Positions 12,869 through 25,697 of a stretch of 64,000 bases of DNA are shown here, piece by piece. How positions within the stretch are numbered: the stretch's first letter is position 1; the number at the start of each line of letters is the position of its first letter. The notes under the pieces were generated by a model. The model was not told the DNA's origin. It saw only the letters and a program-made list of their open reading frames with translations, and did not search any database. The stretch spans positions 15,748,001-15,812,000 of the forward strand of contig OX597815.1 in NCBI GenBank assembly GCA_951406725.2, written 5' to 3'. Made by a program: the position numbers and the translations under genes. Source of the stretch: Octopus vulgaris (Eukaryota).

Positions 12869-13181
12869 TTTCATTTTTGGATTTGGTTTGCAAGATTCTT
12901 TATATGAGTTCGTGTGTTGAAGCATATTCTGTTGTGTCTGGGGAGAGTCATTCTCTTTTAGTGCTTTATTATTTAACACACTCACCGGTAAAATTTTCAC
13001 TTATTTCTTGTTTTTATATTCTAAAATTTTCATTGCGTCTTGCAACCTTTTCAATAGTTTTGACTCTCTAATTTTAGAAAATTTTAGAATATAAAAATAA
13101 GAAATAAGTGGAAATTTTACCGGTGAGTGTGTTAAATAATAAGGCACTAAAAGAGAATGACTCTCCCCAGACACAACAGAA
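12869..13181 (-). mobile_element. Penelope-like fragment with inverted terminal repeat
   Basis: Inverted arms of about 104 bp (12927-13031 / 13077-13181, 3 mismatches), minimal hammerhead motif at 13021-13057, flanking direct repeat AACTTTACATA. Confidence 0.6.
13021..13057 (-). ncRNA. Minimal type I hammerhead-like motif (U3:A8 variant)
   Basis: CUA-UUGAAAA-G-GUUGC(AAGAC)GCAAU-GAAA-A-UU-U-UAG: 3-bp stem I, stem II and loopless palindromic stem III. Confidence 0.45.
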
Positions 13182-13701
13182 CTTTACATACATTTTTTTT
13201 AACCTACAGGAAGGAGCAGGCCCATATATCTAGCAGGCCTTCTGAAATAAACCAGCTTGGTGCTATTAACTTTCCACTATTCTATATCTCCTGCTTGATT
13301 GATAAAGGCAGAAATGTATGTAAATAGATTTTCCACACACACAACTGCCCTCCAACCTACGCCCTAATTTCCTTCCTGAAGTCATTCCTACCACCTCATG
13401 ATCACTAACTGCACTATTCTGTTACTGTAATTTAATGTGAGCAGAACTGCATACTTGAGCTTTTCCCTTGATACCACATACCCCAGCCCTCTAAGCACTC
13501 AAAACCATTTCCCTGATCTCCATCTTTCATTTGTAGTACTGTCCTCATCACCTACATTTTACATCAATCTCTTCTCCATCATGTCACTCCACCCCCATTC
13601 ACTTCATCTGCCCCACATTCTTATAACCCACCTAACCACGGCATTTCCCCTCGCTCTACCTTTCACCTATCTTCACTTTTGCCAGTCTACTATTTCATTA
13701 A

Positions 13702-13873
13702 ATAAAGCACCCAGTACACACTGTAAAGTGGGTGGCATTAAGAAGAGCATCCAGCCATAGAAACCGTGCCAAAGCAGACACTGGAGTTAGGTGCAGTCCT
13801 CAAGCTCACTAGCTCCTGTCAAACCATCCAACCCATGCCAACACAGAAAATGGATGTTAAATGGTGATGATGA
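13702..13873 (+). mobile_element. SINE-like family A, short diverged copy
   Basis: aaagcacccagtacacactg ... catccagccatagaaac ... tggatgttaaatggtgatgatga. Confidence 0.75.
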
Positions 13874-14486
13874 CTATTCTGCTGCTATTCTCTACCTCAC
13901 TTTTTCTACATTATCAGTGGTCTCTCCTCTACCTTCCTCTAACTCATGTATCACTGGTTGCCCCAGCCTTACTCAATTTCTGCTGTTGTTACCTACTCTT
14001 CCTTTTCTACCTCCTCCGCAACATTTGCTCATAACATTCACCCTCTCACCCATTCCCTATCTCTAATCATCTCTCAATCTCCAATACACATTTGCAACCT
14101 CTTTTTCTCGTGTTCCCACTCACATCTACTCACCTATCTTGTGGGGCCACCTGACACTTCAATCACCATTACTTTTATCTTTCTAGTTTCACCCTGACCA
14201 CTCCTACCCCTCTCTTCTATAATGAGTAGCTGTGTAGATCTCCCTACAGCAAAAAAAAGTTCCATTTTGACCCATTCTCTCTCACCAAATGTAACCTCAC
14301 TTAGTTGAAGAGGATCATCTTGCAGTGGCAACCTCACTAGTACTGGTGCCACAAAAAAGTACCTAGTACATGCTGTATAGTGATTGGCATTACAAGGGTG
14401 CCATAGAAACCATGCTAAAGCAGATATTGAAGCACAAGGTAGTCTTTGCTTAGCAATAAATGTTAGATAATGGTTTGACATAAATG

Positions 14487-14536
<50 letters not shown>

Positions 14537-14540
14537 CTAT

Positions 14541-15150
14541 GTATCTTAATGTATACACACTGTCAATAGACCAGTTACTGTAATAGTTGACCTGAGATAT
14601 TTCCTATGGATTTACTGTGTTAAAAACAATAAATACCAGAGAGAGATGAAAATTTATCCCAGCAACAGCCAGTGAAAGTGGCAGATGCATTTCAGCCTTT
14701 TGGGATATTCAAGCACTCATAGAATTCACTATCTCTGATGCATGGAAAAGTGAATAAGACATTCAGTTATGTTGCAAAAAGCAGCCCACTGATTAAAAAT
14801 CCACTATACACAATTGAAACAGTTTAATTAAAATAGTCATCTATGTATCATACTTAATGTATATACATTGTCAATAGGCTAGTTACTGTACAATAAATCT
14901 CAAGGAGAGATAAAATCCATCCCAGTAGTGACCAGCAAGAGAGTCAGATGCATTTAAGCCTCATTAGGCCTTTTCAATGACACATACTTGCAGCCAACCA
15001 CAAGCTCAAACAATTATTCTCTGATATGTATTGTGCTTTTAACACTGCAATCCATAAGAGATGTTATCTCAGGATAAATACTGCTGTAACTAGACTATCA
15101 ACAGTATATGTACATTACATATGATACATAGATGGCTATTTTAATTTAAT
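14541..15150 (-). mobile_element. Old Penelope-like pseudo-LTR cluster (two direct copies plus one inverted copy)
   Basis: Diverged direct repeats 14541-14716 and 14825-14981, inverted copy 15017-15150; each direct copy carries a hammerhead remnant. Confidence 0.6.
14943..14981 (-). ncRNA. Degenerate minimal hammerhead motif
   Basis: GUCA-UUGAAAA-GGCC(UAAUGA)GGCU-UAAA-UGCA-UC-UGAC; catalytic G12 is U, so probably inactive. Confidence 0.55.
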
Positions 15151-17297
15151 ATTGCCTCATCTTCATACTCCAGGTATTCATATATGCACACACACACTTG
15201 TCTGTTTATGCATTTTCACAAAATACAAGAAACACATCCAAAAGATGCTATTTTTATCTTTTGCAGGGACAATAATAAACTGCAGGTTATCATTTTTCCA
15301 CACTTTGCCCTTCCTGTTACCAACCCAACCTTTCCAGTTTCCAAGCAAGCTAATATTTCCCTGTTAGGTGTGTTTACATGTAAGATTGAAAAATGACAGA
15401 CACTCATTTACAAGTATCAGAGTATCAAGACAAACACATACACATGATGGATTTCTTTCATTTTCCATTTACCACATCCATTCACAAAGCTTTGGCTAAT
15501 CCAAGAGGCTATAGTAAAAGACAATACTTAACATTAATTGTATGAGGAGATTCAATGCCAATTAGATATACAATCAGTATACAGTGAAGTCAGAACCTTT
15601 CAAGAAAATTAAGTACTAAATTATTTTGGCAGTTACTGGTAGTATTCAAATAATAGTTAAAAGCTAATTTAAGCTTTACTAACTCACTTTTAAATTCATG
15701 TAATTTAAACAAACCATTCATCACAAGAAACTAGATGGTGAGTGAGTTTAATAAAGATCTTTATCTCAAATGTGCAAAGTAACTTTCTACCTGAATTCAA
15801 GCAATTACACAGCAGTTGTAAATATTTACTCATGTACACAAAGTTATTTATCTATCCCTAAAATAACCCCTTTGATAACAACCTAGTTGAGACCACCTTT
15901 GGTTTTTTAATACAAACTTTCTGTTTTAAAGCAACTTAACATCTTTCATCAGAATTCCATCTTAATTTATGTTCAAACACCAGCTTAATAACGACAAAGT
16001 TATTTTACAAAATTCTTCATTACTTCCAAAAACTGAAACCAAAGCAATGTATTTCAAAAAGAAATACGGTCACAAAAAAGTTAAACAGTTGGACAAATGG
16101 TTTTAAAGAATACATTTTATCAAATTCAATAAGATGTATCAAGATAATTTAAAGTTATAAACAATCCTATTGAAGTAACTGATTAATTGTATGCATATAT
16201 ATATATATATATAATTATTTTCTCTTTCTCATATATATATATATATATGAGAAAGAGAAAATAATTTTATGTTGCATTATAATGAATATGAATAACATGA
16301 AGTCATAGCTTATTGTCTGTCTGCAGCAAAAGATAAAAATAGTTTGCTATGTATATATGTATGTTTCTATGTGCGATTGGATGTGGTTCATGTATGTTTG
16401 CAAGTGTATTTATGTGTGTGTATCTATGTGCATAAAAATTTTTAAATGCATAATCAAGAATACAAAGAAAAGAAATTGTATCTGATTAATTACTCGAGTT
16501 TCTGCCTTACAAATCAAGCAAGAGACAGAAATAAATAGCTACGTAGTGGGTAGACAAGTGATGAATCCATTGAGAGCAATGGAATCTAACATCATACTTA
16601 TAGAATTAACTTACAGTAGAATTATGAAAAATACATACTGAAAAAAAAAATCAAAATAAATTTCTATAGTGATTTCTAAATAGTATGAATTTACAAGAGA
16701 TTTCATGAGAAAATAGAGATATGGTATATTTACAATTCTAAGTTCACTTCTTTTAATGGTTAGATAAAATTGCCTTAGAATGATAACCATAAGTTAAGAA
16801 AGTGTTAAAAAATAAATTTATAACCATTATAAGATTACATCAGCAGTTTAAACAGAACAAATTCCATCACTTGGAATAGATTTGTCTGAAGAAAAAGTCA
16901 CCTTGAAAGTCCATCATAAAAACAACAACAATAATAATAATAATAATAATAATAACAATAAAAATAGCTATGGTCTTGATGAAACAGGCGTAATCCAAAA
17001 ATATTTATCAGCTTGCTAAAACAACGAGAGCGGTTGCATAAAAAAGTTTCCACAGTCATTCAATTCTTCAGTGGAAAATGGTCACGATGAAAGAGGCTAG
17101 TCTGCCTAGAGAATATATTTAACAATTCAGATGAGGTGTGTGCAGGTGTGTTATGCAGATGTAAGTGTGTGTATGTGTTGGCATGTGTCTATAGTGCAAC
17201 GGTAAAATTCTCAACAACCACTGGAAATTATAGTACAAATGCAATTAGCAACAGTGTTTACAAGTTGATATAGATAAATGCATGAAAAGCAACCTAC

Positions 17298-17580
17298 CTT
17301 CTTTCTTGACAGTTAATAAGTAAAGAAAAAGACAATATAAACCGTAGTAAATCAGATAGGCCAAAATGAGGCTAATTATTAACAGGGCAAATACATCAGG
17401 GTACTGATTAAGGAAAGGGCATTTAAACATGGGCAGCTGATTATAAAGAAAATATATCTATAAGGAAAAGTGTCAGCAGCTTGCTGCCAAGCTGCACAGC
17501 TCATCACACCGAACCTAGTAATGATTGATCAATACAGCAGCAGCCAATAACAACGTCATCAGTTGCATAGCGACAAGTAG
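17298..17580 (-). promoter_or_regulatory. Candidate alternative promoter/5' exon with X-box-like motif
   Basis: Cluster of CCAAT (17544), ACGTCA (17553) and GTTGCATAGCGAC (17562-17574); donor AAG|gtaggt at 17298/17297. Confidence 0.35.
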
Positions 17581-20500
17581 ATCTCACAAATGGCTACTGC
17601 TACTATGATTGCAAGCAACTCTGTCAATGCTAATAGTACATGGAGGAGAAAACAGTAAAATATTCAAACACAAAGCCTGAATTTATATAGCAGAGTGGCT
17701 TCAAAATAACCTGTACGCAGAAATGCCAACAATCAGGAATAGCTAGATTAAAAAATCCAGGTAATGGCTTATAGGGAACGCAACACAATCGTGTGTGTGT
17801 GTGTGTGTGTGTACACATATACATGTACAAACACACACACACACTTGTGCATATGTGTGTGTATATACACATATATACTTGTACAAACACACATATACAT
17901 CTATTCACAATGTGTGTGTATATGTATGTGTGTGTGTAGATGCTATGATTCAGACAAAGCAATCAACATGAAATCAATAGAATTGCAGCAGAGATGCAGA
18001 ATAGCATCGGGATATAAGTGAACTGCGCACATATTGCTTGTCCCGTCAAAACATGTGCAACAATTTAACTGAAACAAAAAATAACTCAAAAAGACTAAGC
18101 AAAATAAAAGCAGATTTATAACAATGTCTGATGACGAAAATCTTGTGTGATTGAAAGTCAGTAATAGTGAACACCAGAATATACTGAAGTTAAAATACAA
18201 ACCACATTATAGGAATTGAATTAAATTTATTAAATAGAAATTCAAAATGTTCCCTTGTGAAATTCTATTTAATAACATATGAATGAATTTATTTGAAGAG
18301 AGTGTTACATATTTTCAGTATTTCAGTCAAATTTTTTTTAAAAATCAAATATCAACAGAAGTCAATCCCTAGTGTTGATCTCTACACTGCAGAAATAAAT
18401 TATTTAATAACAGACATCATATGACTATGTCATATGAACCACTAACCCAAGACTGAAATTACTCATAAGACAGGTTTTTTTTTTACCTTAACAGAATATT
18501 AACAGAATATTAACTGCTTCCTATTCAAATCAGTAACTGGGTATTTTAGCAGCTTCTTTAAATAATTTTTTTTTATTTGAAGGGTATTCATTCACAACAC
18601 TATTAAAACTAGAATTTTATGTGGAAAAAAAAAAATTGTGTTTAATACCAACCTTTCTCTGCTCTTTTTTTTTTTTTTTTTTTTCAAGTTGTTCAAGAAG
18701 ACCACTGAAATTAAAGAAAATACAATAAAAATATTTCAAGAGATTATTTTACTGTTTCTCTTACATTTTTAGTTCAGACATTTATAGTCAAAACAACTTA
18801 ACAAATTTAAAGCACACACTCACAGTGATAGAGTGAGCTAGAGAGAGAGAGGGAGAGAGCAAGAGGGAGAGAGCAAGAGGGAGAGAGAGAGAGAAAACTG
18901 GAATTAAAATTGTTTGAGATAGTAAAAATTCAAAACTGGAAATCTATTGGAAGTAGAAGTTTCTTTTAATTAACTCTTAATCAGATTATACAAATCTTGT
19001 TCTGCAACGCTATAAGCAGCTTCTTAAGGAAAGTTTGTAGCAGACATCGAAAGAGTAAATGATAAAATGTCTTGCAATATTTAGTAATGTCTCTTTTCAT
19101 TCCATGTTCAAATCCTACTAAGACTGACTTTGTCTTTCATCTTTTAGGAATCCACCAGAACTATTCTTATTTCTGTACAATTACAATGTTGATAGGTGAA
19201 AATAAAAGGGAAAACTATCTCCTGGAGACATCAGCAATACCCAACCATTAAATTTTTTTCTTAAATATATGAGTTGTGTGATTTCATTTGTGATTGTTCA
19301 AGATAAAATGGAAGCTTTTGAAAGGTTAAGCCTTACTCTCTATTACTGGCATTACATTCTCCTCCATATTTCAAGAGCTCTTAAAGCTGAGTAATTATCT
19401 TTTCAAAATTCTTTGTAAACAATATTGTTACCCCCAATTAGGGAAACAAATTATTCCATTAGTGAAAATATGTTTTGACATTACACACTCTAGTCTATTT
19501 CTATGTTGAAGACACATTTGCAAATTTATTCTTCAAAGCTGTTTCAATTACATTTTTTACAACTTAGAACAGCAGGAGCAGCACCCAGGGCCTTTTGTAG
19601 GATGTCCATGTCTGCTGGGAGAAAAGTGGAATTCATCCTCAAACCAGAAACAGGACTTGAATGGTTGCAAGAACTAAAGGCATTCAAGGCTAGTGAAGGC
19701 ATGGATTAAATCTGCCATTTTGTACAAATCTGAAATCTATAGTTTTGATATTCTAATGGAAATACAAGCATACTTTAAGAAGCCATTCCAAATTTTTCTA
19801 AGCAAGCATTTTACAGCCAAACTTAGTTTTTCAGATAATAGATGGCTCAACAAATACAGACTGTGTCAAATGCTACAACTTCAGCAGCACCAACAGGCTC
19901 TTCAATTCTCTTTTTAAATCTCCATGCCAAGGATCTTTTTAAACATCTTTGCCTATCTCTCTCACTCCTAATAACTGGCATATTTTCCTTTAAGTTATAT
20001 CAGTGTTTGACATTCAGCTCTATAGTCAGTGTTCTTATCTAGATTAGAAGCAGACATTATTCACATGAATAACAATTCATCTATAAATTATAACAGCTGA
20101 GTTCCTTGTATTTATTTGCAACATCATTCAAAGCATATTATTTGCTTTTTTCCCTAATTTTTCTGATTATGTACAAATACATCACATTGAGTCACAAATG
20201 GAGGGTGCTAGTCTTAAAATCTTTTCTCTCAGACTAATTACCAACCAAGTTATAAAAATACTCAAGAACACTATTAAAAATTGAATACAAATTAGCCAAT
20301 TGAAGAATGATATTACTAATTCATTTCATGAGGTAAGATAACTAAATGAACAAAGTACTGAACCACACAACCAATTCCCAGACAAGCGTTTATATCTACT
20401 GCAAATATTCTATTATTTTCAGTTAAGTCAACACTTAATAGTTAAATAAGGTAATACATATCAAATCTTCATTAAGTATCGTATCCATCTGTGGAAGACA

Positions 20501-20840
20501 ACAGAAAACAAAAGCAAATTTCCACAGCCCCATGACCAAAAGAGTTCCATTTGATCAGATAGTTGATAGACTAAGTAATTCCAAATAAGAAAAGCTGAAG
20601 TTGTTAGGCAGATGAACAAACAACTTAGTATACATGTTACCTATTAATAATATTAATATTTTTGAATAAATTATTAAGTTATTGGATTGTTTAGTTTTTA
20701 ACAGTCCAGAAGAAAATGGACTTAATTTAACAGTGATGAAGGAAGGTTCAGAGAGTAGCAATACTGTTAAGATGAATCTGTTCAGCTACACATTTGACCT
20801 GATTCAAACAAGCAACTCAACAGCTGTGTAGCGTTAGATA

Positions 20841-21410
20841 CATAGAGAATACCAAACGAGTTCCCTATGGATACCGTATTTATTACAACAAGTGGCTTGT
20901 AAACGTATCTAACGAGCGAAAGCGAGTTAGATACGTTAACAAGCCACGAGTTGTAATAAATACGGTATCCATAGTGAATGAGTTTGGTATTTTATTTATT
21001 ACACACGAATAAATGACCATATTTTATTAACCCAATAACTAAATTCTTCACATCGTGTTGAAGCGCGCATGAATACAGCTTGATTTCACGTCAGTGACGT
21101 CACAATGTGTAACTGTAAAAGATGTCATGCCGCAGGAAGATAGACTGACTTTATAGCGCTAAGTTTTCAGGTGAAATGACTGATAACTGATGACTGTTTA
21201 ACATTTTGTTAACATTCAAGTTCACATTCAAGAAATACATAACACAGATGAAGTTTAGTTGTAACTTATGAATGACAAAAGTAGTGCCGTCACCGTGACC
21301 TCGGGTCATCACCATGGATTGACCAATCAGAAGCAGCGCTCGCAGTATCTGACATATGTTAGATACCAAAAATATCTCAAAGTGTTCTCACTCACATGTG
21401 TGTAATAAAA
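20841..21410. mobile_element. Non-autonomous hairpin DNA element (possibly Crypton-associated)
   Basis: 144-bp imperfect palindrome 20848-20991 plus a second inverted pair TTATTACACAC (20996) / GTGTGTAATAA (~21398); CpG-rich relative to flanks. Family assignment is from recollection only. Confidence 0.55.
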
Positions 21411-22800
21411 CTTGTTAAATGGATATGGATATCTCATCCTGATCAGAACTTTAAACTAGATCTCAGTCTAATTTGTAAAATTCCTGCAAAACTGAAGATG
21501 ATCTTGAATGTTTTCCCAAATAGCCTTTGATTTTCTTCAGCAGACATTTTACAAACAAAATAAAATCTTGTCAACAGCATTTTATGTTCGTATGATACTA
21601 CTAAATGTCTAACGTGAGTACACTGCCATATAAAGCAACAATTTGAATCCCTTTTATTAGATGGCAATTCCATAAATCTATAAATGTACATAGAACCATA
21701 CATGTCAGTTGAAATTGTGAAACATTTATAAAATAGATTATTTCATCATTCATAAACCATGATATAAATTCACTTAGTTACTTGTAAATATCAAGTAGCT
21801 AATTAGTGTTTATCATTATATAAAAGTATACTATTAAAAAAAATACTAAATTTCATCTTTATATTCAGACTTCTGACCAGCATTTTGGACCAATACATTT
21901 ACCACACTGATAGATTACACAACGTAATTCACATATCAATCCATGTAGAAAATGTAGTATCAAAGACTATTCTACTCTGCACCAGTATTGTTGTTCAGAT
22001 GATAGCAATAACTTGCTTGCCAGTCAATATTGAAAACATATCAATGGCTTATATTCAGCTTAATATATTACTACACAAAAATACTTTCTAAGCAACTTAA
22101 TCATTGTTTCTCCTAAACCCCTAACTTGTTTTCCTCTACACCCCTAACCTAAATATGACCCTAGATACCATAGAGGAGAATAGAAAAATGTCAAAACACA
22201 CACAAAATCAATAAAAATGTCCTACAATGAACATGGGAAAACATGTCTAATATTCATAACAGGTTAAAAAGGTTAAGTAAACACTAATGGAAAGACAAAA
22301 CACAAAAGTAAATATTGTGTAAAAGAGAGCAATATATAATATTAATGCAGTTACTATTTGCATTTTTAAGTAAAAACAAATCCTTGCTAGGCTTAATTAC
22401 TAGAAAACAATAATACCCAGATGAACAATTATATTCATATATTATCTTAAAGTAGAAAATCCTAAACTTATATTTAAGTTTAACATTTTTATATTCCTTT
22501 TGAATTTCACATTAAACTCAGAGAAAAATAAGATATTGCTACAATCAATGTACTCTACAAAAATGCTATAATCCTAAAATAAAGCCAAACTAATAATACT
22601 TGTTCATGACAATGAGACAATGCTTCCTCGCAACAAGGAATCAATACTAACTCACAATAACCAGCCAACTATCGCAACTGAATTACGTTTGACTTCATTC
22701 AAAATTAAAAATTACAAATGCTAGTGGTTACTTAAGAATCAACAATAACACTATATAGATATAATATAAATCTACTTACAGAGAACTGAGTAAAACAAAT

Positions 22801-23126
22801 CATCATTATCATCGTTTAGCGTCCGCTTTCCATGCTAGCATGGGTTGGACGGTTCAACCGGGGTCTGGGAAGCCAGGAGGCTGCACCAGGCTCCAGTCAG
22901 ATCTGGCAGTGTTTCTACAGCTGGATGCCCTTCCTAACGCCAACCATTCCGTGAGTGTAGTGGGTGCTTTTTACGTGCCACCGGCACAGGTGCCAGGTGA
23001 GGCTGGCAGCGGTCACAATCAGTTGGTGCTTTTTACGTGCCACTGGCACAGAAGTCAGTCAAGGCGGCACTGGCATCGGCCACGTTCGGATGGTGCTTTT
23101 TACGTGCCACTGTCACAGAGATGCCA
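22801..23126 (-). mobile_element. SINE-like family A with 95-bp flanking direct repeat
   Basis: Family A core; flanks 22706-22800 and 23127-23221 are identical except for 5 transitions. Confidence 0.9.
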
Positions 23127-23503
23127 TAAAAATTACAAATGCCAGTGGTTACTTAGGAATCAACAATAACACTATACAGATATAATATAAACCTACTTAC
23201 AGGGAACTGAGTAAAACAAATATGTAAAATATTTCTTCAAACAAGAAAATTATGATCAATTGACTAAATCTAAGTACTAATAAGCAAAACTAATAAGCAA
23301 CACTAATAAGAATAAAATATAATTTTGTAGGATTTCAGCTAAAACATTCAATTGGCCCCTATTCTAACCTTTACATTTAGACTGGTCATTTTGGGGCTAA
23401 ATATTCTACCTGTTTGGTGGCTAAATCTGGCCTCCACAACCTACCCGACAATGTCATTCTAAAAATAAACTATTACATCATCAAAAACTCAAAGCTATCA
23501 GTG

Positions 23504-23909
23504 ACTCTTTTACTTGTTTCAGTCATTTGACTGTGGCCATGCTGGAGCACCGCCTTTAGTCGAGCAAATCTACCCCAGGACATTCTTTGGAAGCTTAGTA
23601 CTTATTCTATCGGTCTCTTTTGCCGAACTGCTAAGTTACAGGGACGTAAACACACCACCATCAGTTGTCGAGTGATGTTGGGGGAGGGGGACAAACACAA
23701 ACATACACACACACACACACACATATATATATACACATATATATACGACAGGCTTCTTCCAGTTTCCGTCTACTAAATCCACTCACAAGGCTTTGGTCGG
23801 CCCAAGGCTATAGTAGATGACACTTGCCCAAGGTGCCACGCAGTGGGAATGAACTCGGAACCATGTGGTTGTTAAGCAAGCTACTTACAACACAGCCAGT
23901 CCTGCACCT
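23504..23909 (-). mobile_element. tRNA-headed SINE (family B), full length; followed by a family C head fragment (23910-24015)
   Basis: Head, central domain, (TG/TA)n spacer and tail ending cagtcaaatgactgaaacaagtaaaagag; near-identical to 51075-51490. Confidence 0.9.
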
Positions 23910-25697
23910 AAAGGCAAAGTCGACCTCGGCAGAATACGAACTCAGAACGTAAAGACGAACATAATGCCGTCATGCATTTTGCCTGGTGTGCTAACGGTTC
24001 TACCAGCTTGCCACATTATTAATTCAAAACAATGTGAGTAAATAAGTATTACACTTGACAGAGTAATCTGAATTCTAGAGGGTTCAACCCTAATTTAAAA
24101 AACAAATGAAAGGAGCGTTAATAACATTTGAAATTTCAAATTCAACTTTATTTCACAATGATTATACCATTTGGATTTAAATAACTGCAACATTTAAATT
24201 TAAGCATTCTTTCGTAAACTTAAAAGACTTATTTTTAACCAACTTATTTATATAACATTAGAATTCACCTCTCCTCACAATGCACAAAACATTTTAAGGC
24301 TACTTTTACAGACACCATTATTTGTTTCTTAAAAATCTAGTTCCCTACTTTTTTTTATCATTTACGTATCTATCATTAATAATAATCATTAAGACCATTT
24401 CAAACAGACATAAAAACAGTTCAGCTATTTATTCTTAGAAAGACCAGCTCTAAAGTCTTGTACACCTACGACCAGTTCAACTTCTGTTGGAAAACTTGAT
24501 CAACCAGTCTTTTCTTCAAGTACATTAAATCAGATGTATCACAAAATAAAAATATATTCTCCATTGTACCCGTATGAAACAAATTTAAAGAAATAAAACA
24601 GGTCATAAAATTATTTGAATATCATTAAAATACTCTGAGTAGTAAGAATTTTAGTCTTGTTAGTGTTGACACTGAACAGTTGGTATTTAGCTTTAAAATA
24701 TTCAGATCTATCAGCTCAGTAAATATAAGGCTAAAAAGGAAATTCTGAAGTGAGAAAAGATTTTAGAGAGATGGGAAATTAAGAAGAAGAATGAATAAAA
24801 TAATTGACAAAGAGTCATTATGAATCCAAAAGTTAAGTTGGCTTTTAGATTCCTCATATTTCTTACCAAAGTAAATAAAATTTTACAATATTTTAGTTCA
24901 AACCTTGCTCAAAAGACTTAAGTGAATTACTTTAATCTACACTCTGTAAAATAATTTGCATTATAAAAGGCATTGAAGCAGAGGAACCATATTAAAATGT
25001 GAAATATATACACTAATGATATCATCATTTAACATCCTTCCATGCTGGCATGGGTTGGATGGTTTGACAGAAGCTGGCCAGGTAGAAGACTGCGCCATAC
25101 TTCTGTGTTTTGGCATTTGCAATATTAATACTTTTGGACAAGGTAGCAGAATTGTTGAAGAACTGATTAAAACACCTGGCAATATTTAGTTACAACCGTT
25201 TATATTCTGGGTTCAAATCCCATCAAAGTCAACTTTGTCTTTCATTCTACAAAACTGATAAAAAGTACCTGTCAAGTATTGAGGTCAAGATAACTGACTT
25301 TTCCCCAGCCTACTAAATTTGTGGCTTTATGCCTATTTAAAACAATCGTGATTATGGTAGCGGAGTGACAAAAACTAAATGTAGGTTGCAGTAAATATCT
25401 TTCACTAACTACATTCCGAGTTCAGACCTTACCCAACTTTGCTTTTCATCCCAACAGAACCAATAATGTATATTTCAATCACGTAAATTACAGGACCTAT
25501 GATGTATGTACCAATCATGCAACTGGGATGAATTAAATTAACTATAAGTCACCTTTGGAATTTGTAACTTCCAGTCAATATTTAAAATCATTATCACTAT
25601 CATTTCACTTAAGCCCGGGACTCGGCATTCACTTGTTCATTCCTGTTAATTCATTAGTCACTACAATATGGTCACATATGGCAAACAAGTTTATTAT

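Noticed and set aside
17245-17430. Hydrophobic 61-aa ORF as a membrane anchor for spectrin
   Set aside because: The donor at 17298 is phase 1, so it joins the ATG exon out of frame; hydrophobicity follows from T-richness.
18092-18160. CTGATGA...GAAA hammerhead-like core
   Set aside because: Stem I cannot form convincingly and stem II needs a 4-nt insertion.
19500-20050. Coding-looking stretch with overlapping short ORFs
   Set aside because: No recognisable domain or splice structure; possibly an old transposon remnant.
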